64,000 nucleotides of DNA from Yuukianura sp. NJ FZ-2021 (taxonomy: Eukaryota), in NCBI GenBank assembly GCA_046563655.1, contig CM102289.1:3410001-3474000 (forward strand), in the 5' to 3' direction. The notes beneath the pieces are model-generated. The model had not been told where the DNA came from. It worked only from the letters and a program-made list of their open reading frames with translations, and did no database searches. Below are positions 10,401 through 21,600 of the stretch, in pieces; the stretch's first letter is position 1, and each line of letters opens with the position of its first letter. The translations under genes and the position numbers were made by a program.

Positions 10401-13400
10401 AAGTGGAACTTAATTTACTCCCATGTAGGTGTGACAATATTACTTAGTTTAACAGTGTTCTTAAACATGGTCGCGGAAACAATGCCAGCAACCTCAGACG
10501 CAGTGCCTTTACTAGGTAACAACACCATTCTCACACCTTCAGCCAGTTCGTTTTGTGTCCGGTGCCTTTGGATCTGTGATGTTTTACTTCATTTTAGTTC
10601 AGAAAGCTATATGGACCATTTTGTTTTTTCTTCTTTTTGCCTTAACAAATTATTTTCAAACGGAAAAAAATATTTTGAAAAACCTAATTTTAAAATGTTT
10701 TTTCTCCACAAACAAATAAGGCAAAGAGTTATGTGTAATGATGACTGTTTATTTTAGACTCAAAATCCTTTTTAGCGACACACGCTTAATCTGGTGTTGG
10801 ACGGTGACAAATTTATGAACACTTTTCGATTTTGAAATTTCATTTTTTCCTTACTTCTGTCTCTTCTCTCTCATATTTGAACTTTCTCTTGTCTTGTTTT
10901 TACTTATTCACTTCACGCTGAGAACTCCAAACTTTTTTTTAGAGTTCAGAAGCCGTATAGTTTTTTTCTTCTTTTGTAATGCACATTTTAGTCTAAATTT
11001 TTAACCGTCTTTTTGAGAGCCCACTTGACTTTCTCTTTCACTTTTTTTCTGTGTCGCTCTTCTGAAGTCTTTTCTCCACTTCACAGTTTATATCTCATTT
11101 CACATGAGTGATTTTTGAATGAAGACTTTGTGCGTCGACTGAAGCCAATTGAACATCCAAGGGCTCCTAACGTAGCCTTTGAATAAGGCTCAAGGACCCC
11201 GGGAAATAATTTAATCAAATTAAAGGCATTAGAGTGAAGCTAATCACAATTCAGCAGGTTCTCTATGCTTCCCTTCTTTCACTTTGTTCCCATTCATACA
11301 ATGTTGAGTACTAGAGCAACTCATGAGTCATTATTTGCCAAAAATTTGGAAAAAGCCGTATGAATTACCAAACAAAACTATGTATATAGCTAGTTTTAGT
11401 TCAATCTTGTGCTAAGTTTACATGTAACCTCGATGTTGACCGTTGACATTCCGCAGGAGACGCTTTTATCTCGCAAGCACACTTCAAGAAACTGAAAATA
11501 CTGAATTGAGATCTTCTCTGTCAGTTTGCAATCTGCCAAGGGAGAGGCAGAAGTCCATGCGGAATTTATTTGGCAAATCCTTCTGGAAAACAGAGTCTTA
11601 GCTTGTGTAATTCCTAATATTCTATTATTTTATATGCCAAAGTTTTCTTTCTCAATTTCCATTGCCAAAGTCGTGCCAAAAGAGATTCCAGGAGGAAAGA
11701 CTTTTGGCAATATCCCTCCTCCCCCTCTAACCCAGATCAAATATTGAGAAAATAAATTTTCATTTGAAAGGAATGGTATTCCTTTTTGCTCATAAATCTT
11801 GATCTCCCTGAAATGGAACAGAAGAAAAAGACACTTTTCCATCAGAATGAATATACACTGCAGGAGAAAGTTACCTTAAAAAAAGTTAAATCTTAAAAAA
11901 ATGTTCTAAAAAAACTTCCGAACTTGTCACCTTGGCAGACTGTGAACTCGACTTTTGAGAATTAGAATAAGTTATTTAAAATTTTTAAATTTCGATGTTA
12001 AATATTTCACTTTCACCGTAAACGGAACTCTTAAGTTTCATCCTGTACTTTTATCGTACACAATTTTATATTGTATATTGTAAATTAGGTGTGACAATAT
12101 TGCTGTCATTGACGGTATTCCATAACCTCGTGGCAGAAACGCTTCCTCAAGTCTCGGATGCTTTACCAGTTCTAGGTATAATTATTTACGTTGCACAAAA
12201 GTTATTAACAGTCAATTCAACACGCTCCCCACCCTGGCTTACCTCAACTCTTGTTCTAACAAGTTATAGCAGTCTCACCTATAAACTTTTACCCCCCACC
12301 CTAATTTTCACCCTAAGTCATTTTTTGGTATTTTACTGTAGACTTTCTTCAACCTTCACTATCAACTCACACTATCGCCTCTTTTGAAACTGATACGGTT
12401 TTTTCCAAAGACGATTTTTGGCAAATAATTTTGGTACCACTGTAACCCGCCGTAGGGCTCTGTGTAGTCCGCAACTGTAAGCAAACTTTACCAAACTGCT
12501 GCCTTCCTTTGGACATTTGGCAATATCAATTGCAAATTTGAATTCCAAATTTTGTGCAAAAAATTCCCAGTACAACTATTTGTACACCATCACTTTTGTA
12601 CTTTATCTACTGGGAGACACAGTTTTGAAGAGTAGAAGCGATTTGCAAGTCTCTAGAAAGCAATCAATCTACTCGACTCCATTTGGAGTACTGTAATAAA
12701 GTGTCTCATGTGAAATGGGATCGACATCTCAGCACAACTCACAAATTCCATTTACTTTCTTCTTTTTTCACTCACTTTTTTCATGATTCATAATTTTGAA
12801 ACCAAAGAGAAAGTTTTCAAATTTGTCATTTGTTGTGCATCCAGTGTCGTTGCATTTTTTGGCAGCATGTTTTTGTACACACAGTTTTTATACACAAATG
12901 TTGAACACTATTTGCTTTCACTTGCCAGGAAGAAGCAACTCAAATGCACCCTGGTTGTTTGTTTTTGACTGCCGAAGTGTAATGTTAAATTTAGTTTGCT
13001 CTGTACACCAAGCTTTGAATCTTATACGAAAGCCTGTTTTTGGCAATTTGTTTTGTTTTGTACCAGAGCATTTGATTCGAAAACGATTGGAGATCTGATT
13101 TGTAGTTCCGTTGACTAATGAAATTTGTTGCATCTTCCTCTGTTCAATTCTAGGTACATACTTCAATTGTATCATGTTCATGGTAGCCTCTTCAGTGGTC
13201 TCAACGATTTTAATCTTGAATTATCATCATCGGAACGCTGACACGCATGAGATGTCTCAATGGGTAAGCATCAAGGACTTTCTCCGCTTTTACTTCCCGC
13301 CCAAAAAATTTTCTCGACGTAATCCACAATGCGCGTTTAGAACTTGTATCCGAAGGCTTAACGTCGCATTTGTTCGCTTTGCCTAAATTGCTAAAGCCTC

Positions 13401-15675
13401 CATCATCATATTCTTGTCAAAGTTTAATGATTGACCACATTCTTAAAGCTTCCCGCCAAACAGTCATCTGCAATCAAGGTTCCTTGACAACGAAAAGTTA
13501 ATTTTCTTTAACAGGTTGGGGACTACCGCGTTTGTTGAAAAAAAAAATTAGTACAAATTTTGTACCAATCCAAAAAATTGGTACCAGTTCGTATGCAAAA
13601 TTTGAAAAAAAATTAACTTGTACCACAACTACGAGCCCCGAAATGAAAAGATACTTTTTTTTTTGCAAATCAAAAAAACACGAGGTATTACGCAACCTGT
13701 TAAAGAAAACCAAAATCAGCAAATCTTATCGGTAGGCGTTACTTTGTTCATGGGCTACTTGAGAAAACGAGGAAGTCATGCGCAGCATCACCCTTCGTTT
13801 AGCAAAAACCGAAACGCTATGCGCATCGTCGGGCAGTTGCTAATTGCTTTTAACGAACTGGAGTGGTAACAAAGACCACCAAATTATTGTACACTTTGCC
13901 AATCGCCATTAACGAACCATGATTTTAATGTTGAACTAAAGTAGTTTGCTCTCTTTTCTCTACTTTCCCCGCCCACAATATTTATTATTTTGGAATTTGT
14001 TGTTCCCGCCTAACCACAAGCGGGTTCTGTACAAGAGAGTTCTAAGGCGGGAGAGTAATGGAGGGAGACAGGCACTCTGCGGCTTCCCTTTCATTTCTTC
14101 CTAGAAGACAAAGTTTTTGGGTTGGTCTAATGGGATTTCCCTTTGTCTGTGTTCTCTCTCCATCCTTTAGGTAAGAATCGTATTTCTGCAATGGATGCCG
14201 TGGCTTCTTCGGATGAGTCGTCCGGGTGATAAAATTACGTTAAAGGCAATGGCTGCCACTGCCAAGATGAGAGATCAGATCCGAGAGCTCGAAATGAAAG
14301 AGAGATCTTCCAAAAGTCTGCTAGCCAACGTCCTTGGTAAGGTCAAAGGTCAATCTTTACTCTCTCCATCTACTCTAAACAATCTGAAATAGCTAAATAT
14401 CCTGCCCCTTGGCACACCAAACCCACCACTGACAGTTTCATATCTACAAATTTATGAATTTACGAAGCGGACAGGGCGATGTTTGGGACTCATAAATAAA
14501 TTGGGAACACATAAGGATTGAGTGGTCCAGAAAACCAGATATGGCTTTTTATTCAACCAATCGATTCACTAATACCCGCAAGTTCCTAATTTCAAAGTTA
14601 TGTTATTTTTGCAAATGCTTTTTTTTTAAATATATTTTATTTCACGGCTGCGACAGGCAACTACACATTTGTTTTTCATACATATTATACATATATGTAT
14701 ATTGTCTCAAGTCTTTTTTCGAAAGCGAAGTTTTCAATAAACTTAAAATAAGCTTTCTGAAAGCTTGTTTTGTTCCAAAAATGTTTACCTAGTATAAATC
14801 TAAGTCACGTTACTTTTGATTTAAAGCATTTCTCAGTGTTCGAGCTGCGATCACTTATAAAAAGATGAAACCAAAATGACAAGTTTAGCATCATAATAGA
14901 TCAATGTTGTATAAATTTCAGTGTTGAGAGTTTTTTTTTTCATTTGACTGAAAAGAAAAATCGAAAAAAAGTTGAAATTAACTGAAAATTTTATCTATCC
15001 TTGTTTCATTTTACTGGAACAAATTGAAAGAAAGTAGAAAGTAAAAGAAATTGAAATATTTCGTTGAAAAATTTCAGCGTATCAGTAAAATAAGTTAAAG
15101 ATGCTGAAAAGATTTATTTGACGTTACATGTATTTTTCATTTTCTTGGCATTGTTTTCATTTTTCACTGAAAAGTGAAATATTTCAAATCTAACGCTGTG
15201 ACAGATTCCCACATACGAAAAGAAAGTTTACTACACTGACATGAACTTTTCTTTTTTTTTTGTACTTCAGATATGGACGACGACTTTCGACCAGCGACAC
15301 TTCGATCCTCAGCTCTTCATTCTACTCCGGGATGGCGGATCGGTGGCTCACATGAAGACCCGATCGCCTCCACCGTGAGCCACCATCCGTGTCTCGGGGC
15401 CCACCGGGAACTGTCCCTCATCCTCAAGGAAATTCGCCTCATCACGGACAAGATCCGGAAGGACGACGAAGCAGCAGAGATCACGAGTGAATGGAAGTTT
15501 GCAGCCATGGTCGTGGACCGTCTCTGTCTCATCATCTTCACGCTCTTCACCATCATCGCCACGGTTGCCGTTCTCGCTAGTGCACCTCAGGCACGTCTCT
15601 CCACTTTGCCCCACTTCCTCCTTGAAAAGTTGTATCTGACTTTTTGTTTCTTTCCTCTAGGTATTTGTCCCTTGA
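1375..15675 (+). CDS. nAChRalpha7: nAChR alpha subunit, alpha7 type (5'-partial; exons 1-2 lie upstream of the window)
   Basis: Phase-consistent exons: [1375-1419 or 2630-2674], 4887-4996, 5092-5229, 5504-5546, 5732-5810, [7741-7775+7886-8045 or 8377-8571], [10429-10515 or 12089-12175], 13154-13263, 14171-14336, 15271-15590, 15661-15675. Encodes WKPDVLMYN (loop A), Cys-loop [21 protein letters not shown] (loop B), YxCC loop C, GEK+M2, [24 protein letters not shown] (alpha5/alpha7 type rather than alpha6 type) and M4 [16 protein letters not shown]. Confidence 0.93.
2350..2460 (+). pseudogene. possible decayed duplicate of alpha7 exon 2
   Basis: After ttaacag reads (E)SCLFRSQKL...[20 protein letters not shown] then ttaagt. 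Resembles alpha7-family exon 2 (PVANDS..LTV...QIIDV|gt) but has a stop, is shortened and has a dead donor. Confidence 0.35.
2630..2674 (+). CDS. nAChRalpha7: alpha7 alternative exon 3b (loop D), [15 protein letters not shown]
   Basis: 45 nt, tgcag|GAC...ATG|gtgagt, same length and phase as 3a. Confidence 0.9.
5288..5444. repeat. short degenerate inverted-repeat element in an alpha7 intron
   Basis: gtcgagagaaagttatt (5288-5304) versus agtaacttactctcggc (5428-5444), 14/17 complementary. Confidence 0.4.
7741..8045 (+). CDS. nAChRalpha7: alpha7 alternative exon 7a (loop C + M1), split into 35-nt and 160-nt exons
   Basis: 7741-7775 [12 protein letters not shown], intron gtaagc...tgcag 7776-7885, 7886-8045 [11 protein letters not shown]...[12 protein letters not shown]; total 195 nt. 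Confidence 0.9.
8377..8571 (+). CDS. nAChRalpha7: alpha7 alternative exon 7b (loop C + M1), uninterrupted
   Basis: 195 nt, atctag|GT...CTAG|gtatag, phase 1-1, open: [66 protein letters not shown]. Confidence 0.88.
9182..9418. mobile_element. MITE, same family
   Basis: Both ends closely match the 51949 copy; TSD degenerate. Confidence 0.8.
9643..9801 (+). pseudogene. possible degenerate third copy of exon 7
   Basis: Pyrimidine tract + ttacag, 159 nt, phase 1-1, open frame VKAR...[11 protein letters not shown]...[16 protein letters not shown]|gtataa echoing exon 7b motifs VK, IF.H.RTLF, GF..P...G; lacks CC and a hydrophobic M1. Confidence 0.3.
10429..10515 (+). CDS. nAChRalpha7: alpha7 alternative exon 8a (M2), [30 protein letters not shown]
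   Basis: 87 nt, tgtag|GT...CTAG|gtaaca, phase 1-1. Confidence 0.92.
12089..12175 (+). CDS. nAChRalpha7: alpha7 alternative exon 8b (M2), [30 protein letters not shown]
   Basis: 87 nt, attag|GT...CTAG|gtataa, same length and phase as 8a. Confidence 0.9.
13475..13728. mobile_element. MITE, related subfamily
   Basis: caaggttccttgacaacgaaaag...; internal ttggtaccagttcgtatg shared with the 49393 and 54301 copies. Confidence 0.75.
15591..15660 (+). other. GC-AG intron before the terminal 4-codon exon of alpha7
   Basis: CAG|gcacgt donor, ctgac branch-like site, pyrimidine tract, ctctag acceptor. Splicing gives SAPQVFVP*, matching the short alpha7-family C-terminus. Confidence 0.75.
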
Positions 15676-18600
15676 TTTGAACTTCGCTTAACGAAACAAA
15701 GGAATCCAAACAGAAAAGAAGACAAGACAAATCAAACCAAATTCGATAAGAGCAGCATGACACACTTGAACAATCCAAAAAGTCTCTCTCTGCTTTCCAA
15801 TCAGCCCAAACTCAAAGTGTCAACACCAAACTCCTGCCGCTACAATTTATCTCAGTCCTACCTGTCTCTCACACTTCCTCGCATGAATCACCCCACCAAC
15901 AATTCAAGTCAGCACAACCCGATTTAAATGTTAATTTGGACCCACCGTCGCCCTCTTTTGCTCTTCGACGTTTCGTCTTCCTGGGAGAGACGCCAAAAAT
16001 CCTTGGAGCTCCAGTGGACCCAATGATTCAGAAAGTAAAGAGGACCAAGGGAAAACGGAAAAAGTGTCCTGGATAGCAGTGTAAATTTTCTGTCAAGACG
16101 TCGAATCGGACAGCAGAGAGTGACTTTGGGGAAAAGTCAAATAGAAGAGTTCAGGATCGAGCAAGAACATGCTAGAACGACATCCATCCATCGACCTCTA
16201 TTTCTCTACTTTCTCCTCTGAAATCCAATTCATGTCTCCAGAAAAAAGCCGGATCCATCTGAAGTCAGATTCACACTTCACTTTTAGTTCAACGACGCCG
16301 TTCCTAGAGTGGTCGTCGGAGGAGACAATTTTCTCCTAATCTTCGAACTCCTACACAGCGAAGCACCAACTTTCTTGAGAAGAAGGACAAAGAATGGATA
16401 GGTCCCAATTTCAGCTGACTTCCTCTGCTCCCTTAAAAATGCAACGGAGTTACACTTGGCGAATACTCAAGAAAAAGTAGGGAAAGTACGGAACTTGCCG
16501 AGAATTGCCAAAAAGAAAGCAGCATCCAGCTCAATATTGTACTTTCTCCACAGAAGCATGAGACACCGAGAGGAGAAAGCAGAAAAGAAAATGCCTTTCC
16601 TTCAACGTAATTTTCCCTTCGTGACTATACATGTACAACACAGAATTTGAAAGTGATGCAGCGCTCCGCCAAAGTTGTTGAAACCAAAAAAAAATTCAAA
16701 CATGACCACAAGCCTTTCTCTCAAAAAGTTAAGTTTGTGGAGAAATGCTGATGACTTTGAAGGCTTAGTTAACTTATGCAAAGAAAAAATGCTCAATTCA
16801 CACTCCATTTTGAAAAGACAGGATTTGCCTTTCAATTTCGTTGGGAAGAAAAGATTTGACACGAGTCCGGAAATAGTCTTTGCGATGACACGGGTGGATC
16901 GTGTGTGCTTCAGAGAAAGTCTTCCCCGTTTTGCCTCCTTCCAAAAATCCTGCTCAGATCCAATCGGCCAAGAGCATTCTTCATCGCTACCGTATTTTCT
17001 GTTCACACTGAAACCTAACATAACCTTTGCAGTTGACAGTAGAAAACAGTCTTTTGACTCCATTATTCAGGGCGGAAGAAGAACCACATTGCAAAAGAAG
17101 GCTTAACGCTTCATCTTTCGATTGTATTCCACGGGATCACTCGCCTCTGCGTCTTATCTTCTCTACACCACTACTTTCTTTGTCAAATTAAATGGCAACC
17201 TAAACAAAATGAAACAACTTTCACCACTTTCTTCACAGCGCTCACCGATTCTTTCAAGAAACTTCAAAGTGACAAACACTCCAAAAGAATTTTCACTTAA
17301 TCCAACCGTGATCTATCTCCAGTGCTACTCTCGACCGTTCCGAAAGCCTTAGTTTTAGGTTAGGCGTTTTGTCGGATCCTACTTTAATCAATAATGAAGT
17401 CATTGTGAAGAAGGTTGGAAGCTGCCAGAGCCAGAGAAGCCAAAGCTACATCAATTTTACTTTCCTTTCTTCTCCAGCCCTTAAGTATGGATGAAGCGTT
17501 CAATTTGTTCTCACGAAAATGGCAAAGGAAGAAGACTATCAAAGGCCCTTCCTACTGCAGAATTCAAGTCCCTGGAAATCTATTTTTCTGACTTTAGTTT
17601 TTTTCCTGCTCTTTTCTCTCTATCCTTTTCATCTCTTTTCGTCAAACAATGGGAGCTCATTGACATCATGAGAAGAATATGTTAGTCGTCTACGACTGGA
17701 ACTATACAGTTTTATGGTAGTTCATGAAATCCCAAATTCCCTTTGACTTTAGCCACCACCTTCCATCATCACAGTTGTTCAGGGATTCTTCTCGCCTTCG
17801 AGACATATAAATTTCCACGAGAGTGTAGCAATCTTTAATTCATTAGAAATCCATCCAATTTCGAAGTCTGTTTATTTGGACAAGATTCGTTTCGCTCCTA
17901 TTGTTTGGTTCTGAAAGTTTAAACAAAATCAAAGAAACGCTCGTCGTCTCCAAAGTTTTTTTTAGTTTTAAATTTCCCTTTGTCTTTGTTTTACTTTCCA
18001 AAGTGCTCAAGAAACGTAGAAAAATTGAAATTAAACCGTTTCTTCTCCCTCCAGCGTCTTTTTGATCAAGAAGAAGAGTTCAAAGGAAAAGTCAACATCG
18101 AAGTGATTTCTTCGCTCAGTAGTCGTCAACATCTCAATTTCCGTTTGCCACAAATGAAAACTCGGAGTCAGCAGAGGATCATAATCGTTGAAAAAATGGT
18201 GCGCGTTCCAGTTTGCAAGATTTGGATTGGACTTTCTTCGCACCCAAAAGGAAAGGCTTTCTCCTCCTCCTGCCAAGTTCGTCGTCTTATGAATAAAATA
18301 TGGCCGAATAGCACAAAAAACCTTTGTGTTTTGTGACAAGGGCGCTGCTGCGACCGAAGACTACTCTGTCAAATTGGGCAGTTGAGTCCAATGGACCGTG
18401 ACACGCCGCTTACATCATCTTCTGAGCCATGGTCACTGTTTATGTTTTGTGTGATGAATTTCCTACAGCTTCAACTTAAACTAACAGTTACCGGCGTCGT
18501 CGTTTGGTTTATTTATTGGCTCTGCTCAGTTCTGGTCGCTTCCAAAAGTGTCACTTTGTTCAGTTGATTTATGGACTAACGTAGCCCTGTAAATCCTACG

Positions 18601-21600
18601 GTCTGGTGCCAACGGAACCAAGGTTTCTGACCTTGATTTATTCATCACCGCTTCTTTTCAATTTTATTCAACTGAACTTTTTTTTGAAAAAAAATTGATT
18701 TTCAAACCCAACCTGTGAACGCTTACTGTTTACCAACAAAAAAAAGTGAAGTGTGAAGTGCTCCGTGAAAAAATAAAAACCGGTGAAGTGCTTCTGTTTA
18801 CACCGTGATTTTTCAAGCGTAGTTTTAGCTGACAAGGTGCTTATTGCTCATTAGCTCGCAGTCTTTGGACGCTCTAGAGCATATATGTTTGATTTGACTT
18901 GATAGTTGTTTGGATTTCTTTTTAAGCTTAAAAAACAATAAGCCAAAGTACAGATTTTTATTTCCTTTTTTCTAAACTTAGGGTGCATTTTTTTGACTGA
19001 CTTCTCTTTGTTCCGTCAAGACTTTCTTCGAACTATTCATCACTCAACCTCATCTTTCCTTCTACTGTTCGTCGTGCTTCCAAGTTCAACGACAACGACT
19101 TGCAGCAACTCCCCAGTACTGCTCTCCTTCCGTTCAGTTTCCAGTGCAAAAGTTGATAAAGACCGAAAACTCGGGTCATCAATCTTCAGTTTTTGTGATT
19201 TTCATAACCTCCTTTTTGGCTTTCTACTTCTCTCTAAAAAGAAAGTTTCAGTGAAAGTTTCCCTATTTTAGCTACTAATTTGTATTCCCGCTCCACATCT
19301 CCATCATCTTTATCACATGACTGCTCTGGAAAAGGCTATAGCAACTCATCAGTTGGAATCTAAGACCTAAGCTTTCTCTTCTTGTGACAAAGTTTTTTTC
19401 ATCATGTCTTCTTCTTATCCACCGCTGCCACTTTGAAAAGAAAGTTAATTGTGCATCTGCTTTCATTTTCCAGTTTTTTGAAAAGAACCGCGGATTGGAT
19501 TTTTTTTCTCCATTGACTTTCTCCTTGTCTCACAACATCGCTTTCCCATTACGAGAGCTACGAGAAGAAAAGTCGGAAGAAAAGTAAAAGGAGCTTGAGA
19601 GACTTTGGGTAAAACGCTCCGTTGATTTCTCCGGCATTCAATTCCTCAGGAGAGCACATCACTTTACACGACTTGCAAAAGGAACTTTCTGAGCTAACCC
19701 AGCACTAGCCTAAAACCTAACACAGTACAAGTCTAACTTTCTCCGCATCTTCTTACAACCTCCTTCCGTCTATTAGTCCATTTCCAGCCGAAAACTTTTC
19801 CACCTTCGTCACTCGAGCAGTCTCCGAAGGGTTTTGCCGCAGTTTGACTTTCTCCAACTTCGTTCAGGATACGGACCAGTTCGCTGCTGTTTCTGTTCTA
19901 CAAGCCGCCGTTCCGTGGAAATGGAAATAGTGATTGATATACGTGGGACGTGGTTGGCAGAGGTTAAAGGCACTGCGAAGTGATACTTTCTCCAGCACTA
20001 TAACTTCCATGCATAAGTCAGGTTTGTAGGTTTCGCAGGTTGTGACTTTCCGGCGCGAGTCTCGCAATTACTAAGGTAGCGGTGAACCAGCTTTTACTTT
20101 TTTGACTTTCTCTGGAATCTCCGGATCATGAACAACACTTTCCTGTGCCACCAATCTCCAATTTCAAGTTCTTTAGTTTCCACGTACAGTTTGACGTTAG
20201 GCAACAACTATACTCAGCCAAGAAAAAAGTAGGAAGAAAACTTTTAGCCGACAAATGATGATGAAGATGAAAATGAAAATGACAGGAAGAGGGTTGGAGA
20301 AAAGTTTAGAGCACGTCTTGGATGTTTAGTGAAGTATTTTTTCTTCTAGAATTTACGAGGCTTGTCTTTTTTGGCTGGGTTGCTAAGCATTCTGGCCAAA
20401 CCTAGCATAACCTTTGACCTTCTCCGCAATCCAAAAGACACCTCTCAACTTCATTCACAACAGCAAAACCCCAGCACAGCTCCAACATTTGCTCACTTCT
20501 CAACATATTTTTCTGACTAAGGATGAAGACAGTGTACGAGTAATTGGAACTTAATCAACCGATTCGGGTTTCCTGTCACTCCCGAACTTAATTGCAAAAA
20601 GTTTTTGTCTTTCCTTTTGAGGAAGTTTTACAAAAAGCTTACAACAAGCCGTCGTTAACATTTGTATCTAACAAGTACATTTCTCTCATCTAACAGATCT
20701 ACTAATTGGAAATAAGTTATAGCCAATAGGAAACGCAGGATGAGTAGAGATACACACAAGTATGAATCTTTATAACTAATTCAGGCGTTGTTTCCTCCAG
20801 CAGTTAGTTTACAACTGCTAGATTCAAAGATGTGAATTATTCAGAATCCTAAATGTGTCAAGTCCAGGACGAAGAGAAACCGAAAATCAAGAGTAATGGG
20901 TTTCTAGGTCTCTCAATAGCGTTAATAAACACGCGGAAGAATTGAAACCAAAAACCTCCTTGATGAGCAAACAGCGGTTTCCACTTTCTCTGCTTTCACG
21001 TCCGCACCGACCCGTTGCATAAAATTATCAATCAAAATGTTAATTTCCAAATTTTGCTGCAGGCTAATTTTAAACCAACAGAAACGTTTTAAACAAAACA
21101 AGAATTCGCCTATACTAGGAATTTGCATTAGCTTTGTTGCGATAGAGCTGAATTGAGCCAGCTTTAACGTTCGGAATTTGAAAAACCGTGTTAAAAAATT
21201 TGAAAAAGTTTAAAACCGATGAAGCCGATTGGATCATGAGCATATTCCCCTCCTTTGCCTAATTAACACAAAATAGTTCCAAGTTATCCCAACTTTTTGA
21301 AAGGAAGCCTCAATTGCTATGCGCAAGATTTTTGCAATTTTCTTGGAAGATAGTTTTGCTCCTGTCAGATTAATTATGCGAGTCAACGAAAACTCATTTT
21401 GAGCATTTTTTCCACACTAATGTTAGTAAAAGCCGTTTTCATCTTCTTTTCAAAACTTTGTTCAAAAGTTACCAGAATTGATGATTCAGAGAGTTTTTGA
21501 GAAGGATATGCTAGGCGATTTTTGTTTCCGTAAAGATTTTATACGGCGAAAAAGAAAATTTTTTCACTTTCTCCAAGTTTGAGAATTCCCTTGATGAGAC

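Noticed and set aside
11457..11509. Possible third exon 8 after ccgcag
   Set aside because: In-frame TGA after 17 codons and no convincing M2 similarity.
7741..12175. Two separate tandem alpha genes instead of alternative exons
   Set aside because: Order is 7a-7b-8a-8b with only one copy of exons 4-6 and of the downstream exons.
10041..12476. Docking/selector-like complementarity between agttgcggtgacagtg (10041-10056) and 12438-12476
   Set aside because: Short and interrupted, and it would loop out both exon 8 copies; cannot be told from chance without comparative data.
12783..12968. Possible duplicate of the M3 exon (ASSVV motif)
   Set aside because: Only five residues match, codons differ and no suitably placed phase-1 acceptor was found.
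16456..20067. Several 60-150 aa ORFs downstream of alpha7
   Set aside because: Non-ATG or overlapping on both strands, with no motifs; consistent with chance ORFs in UTR.
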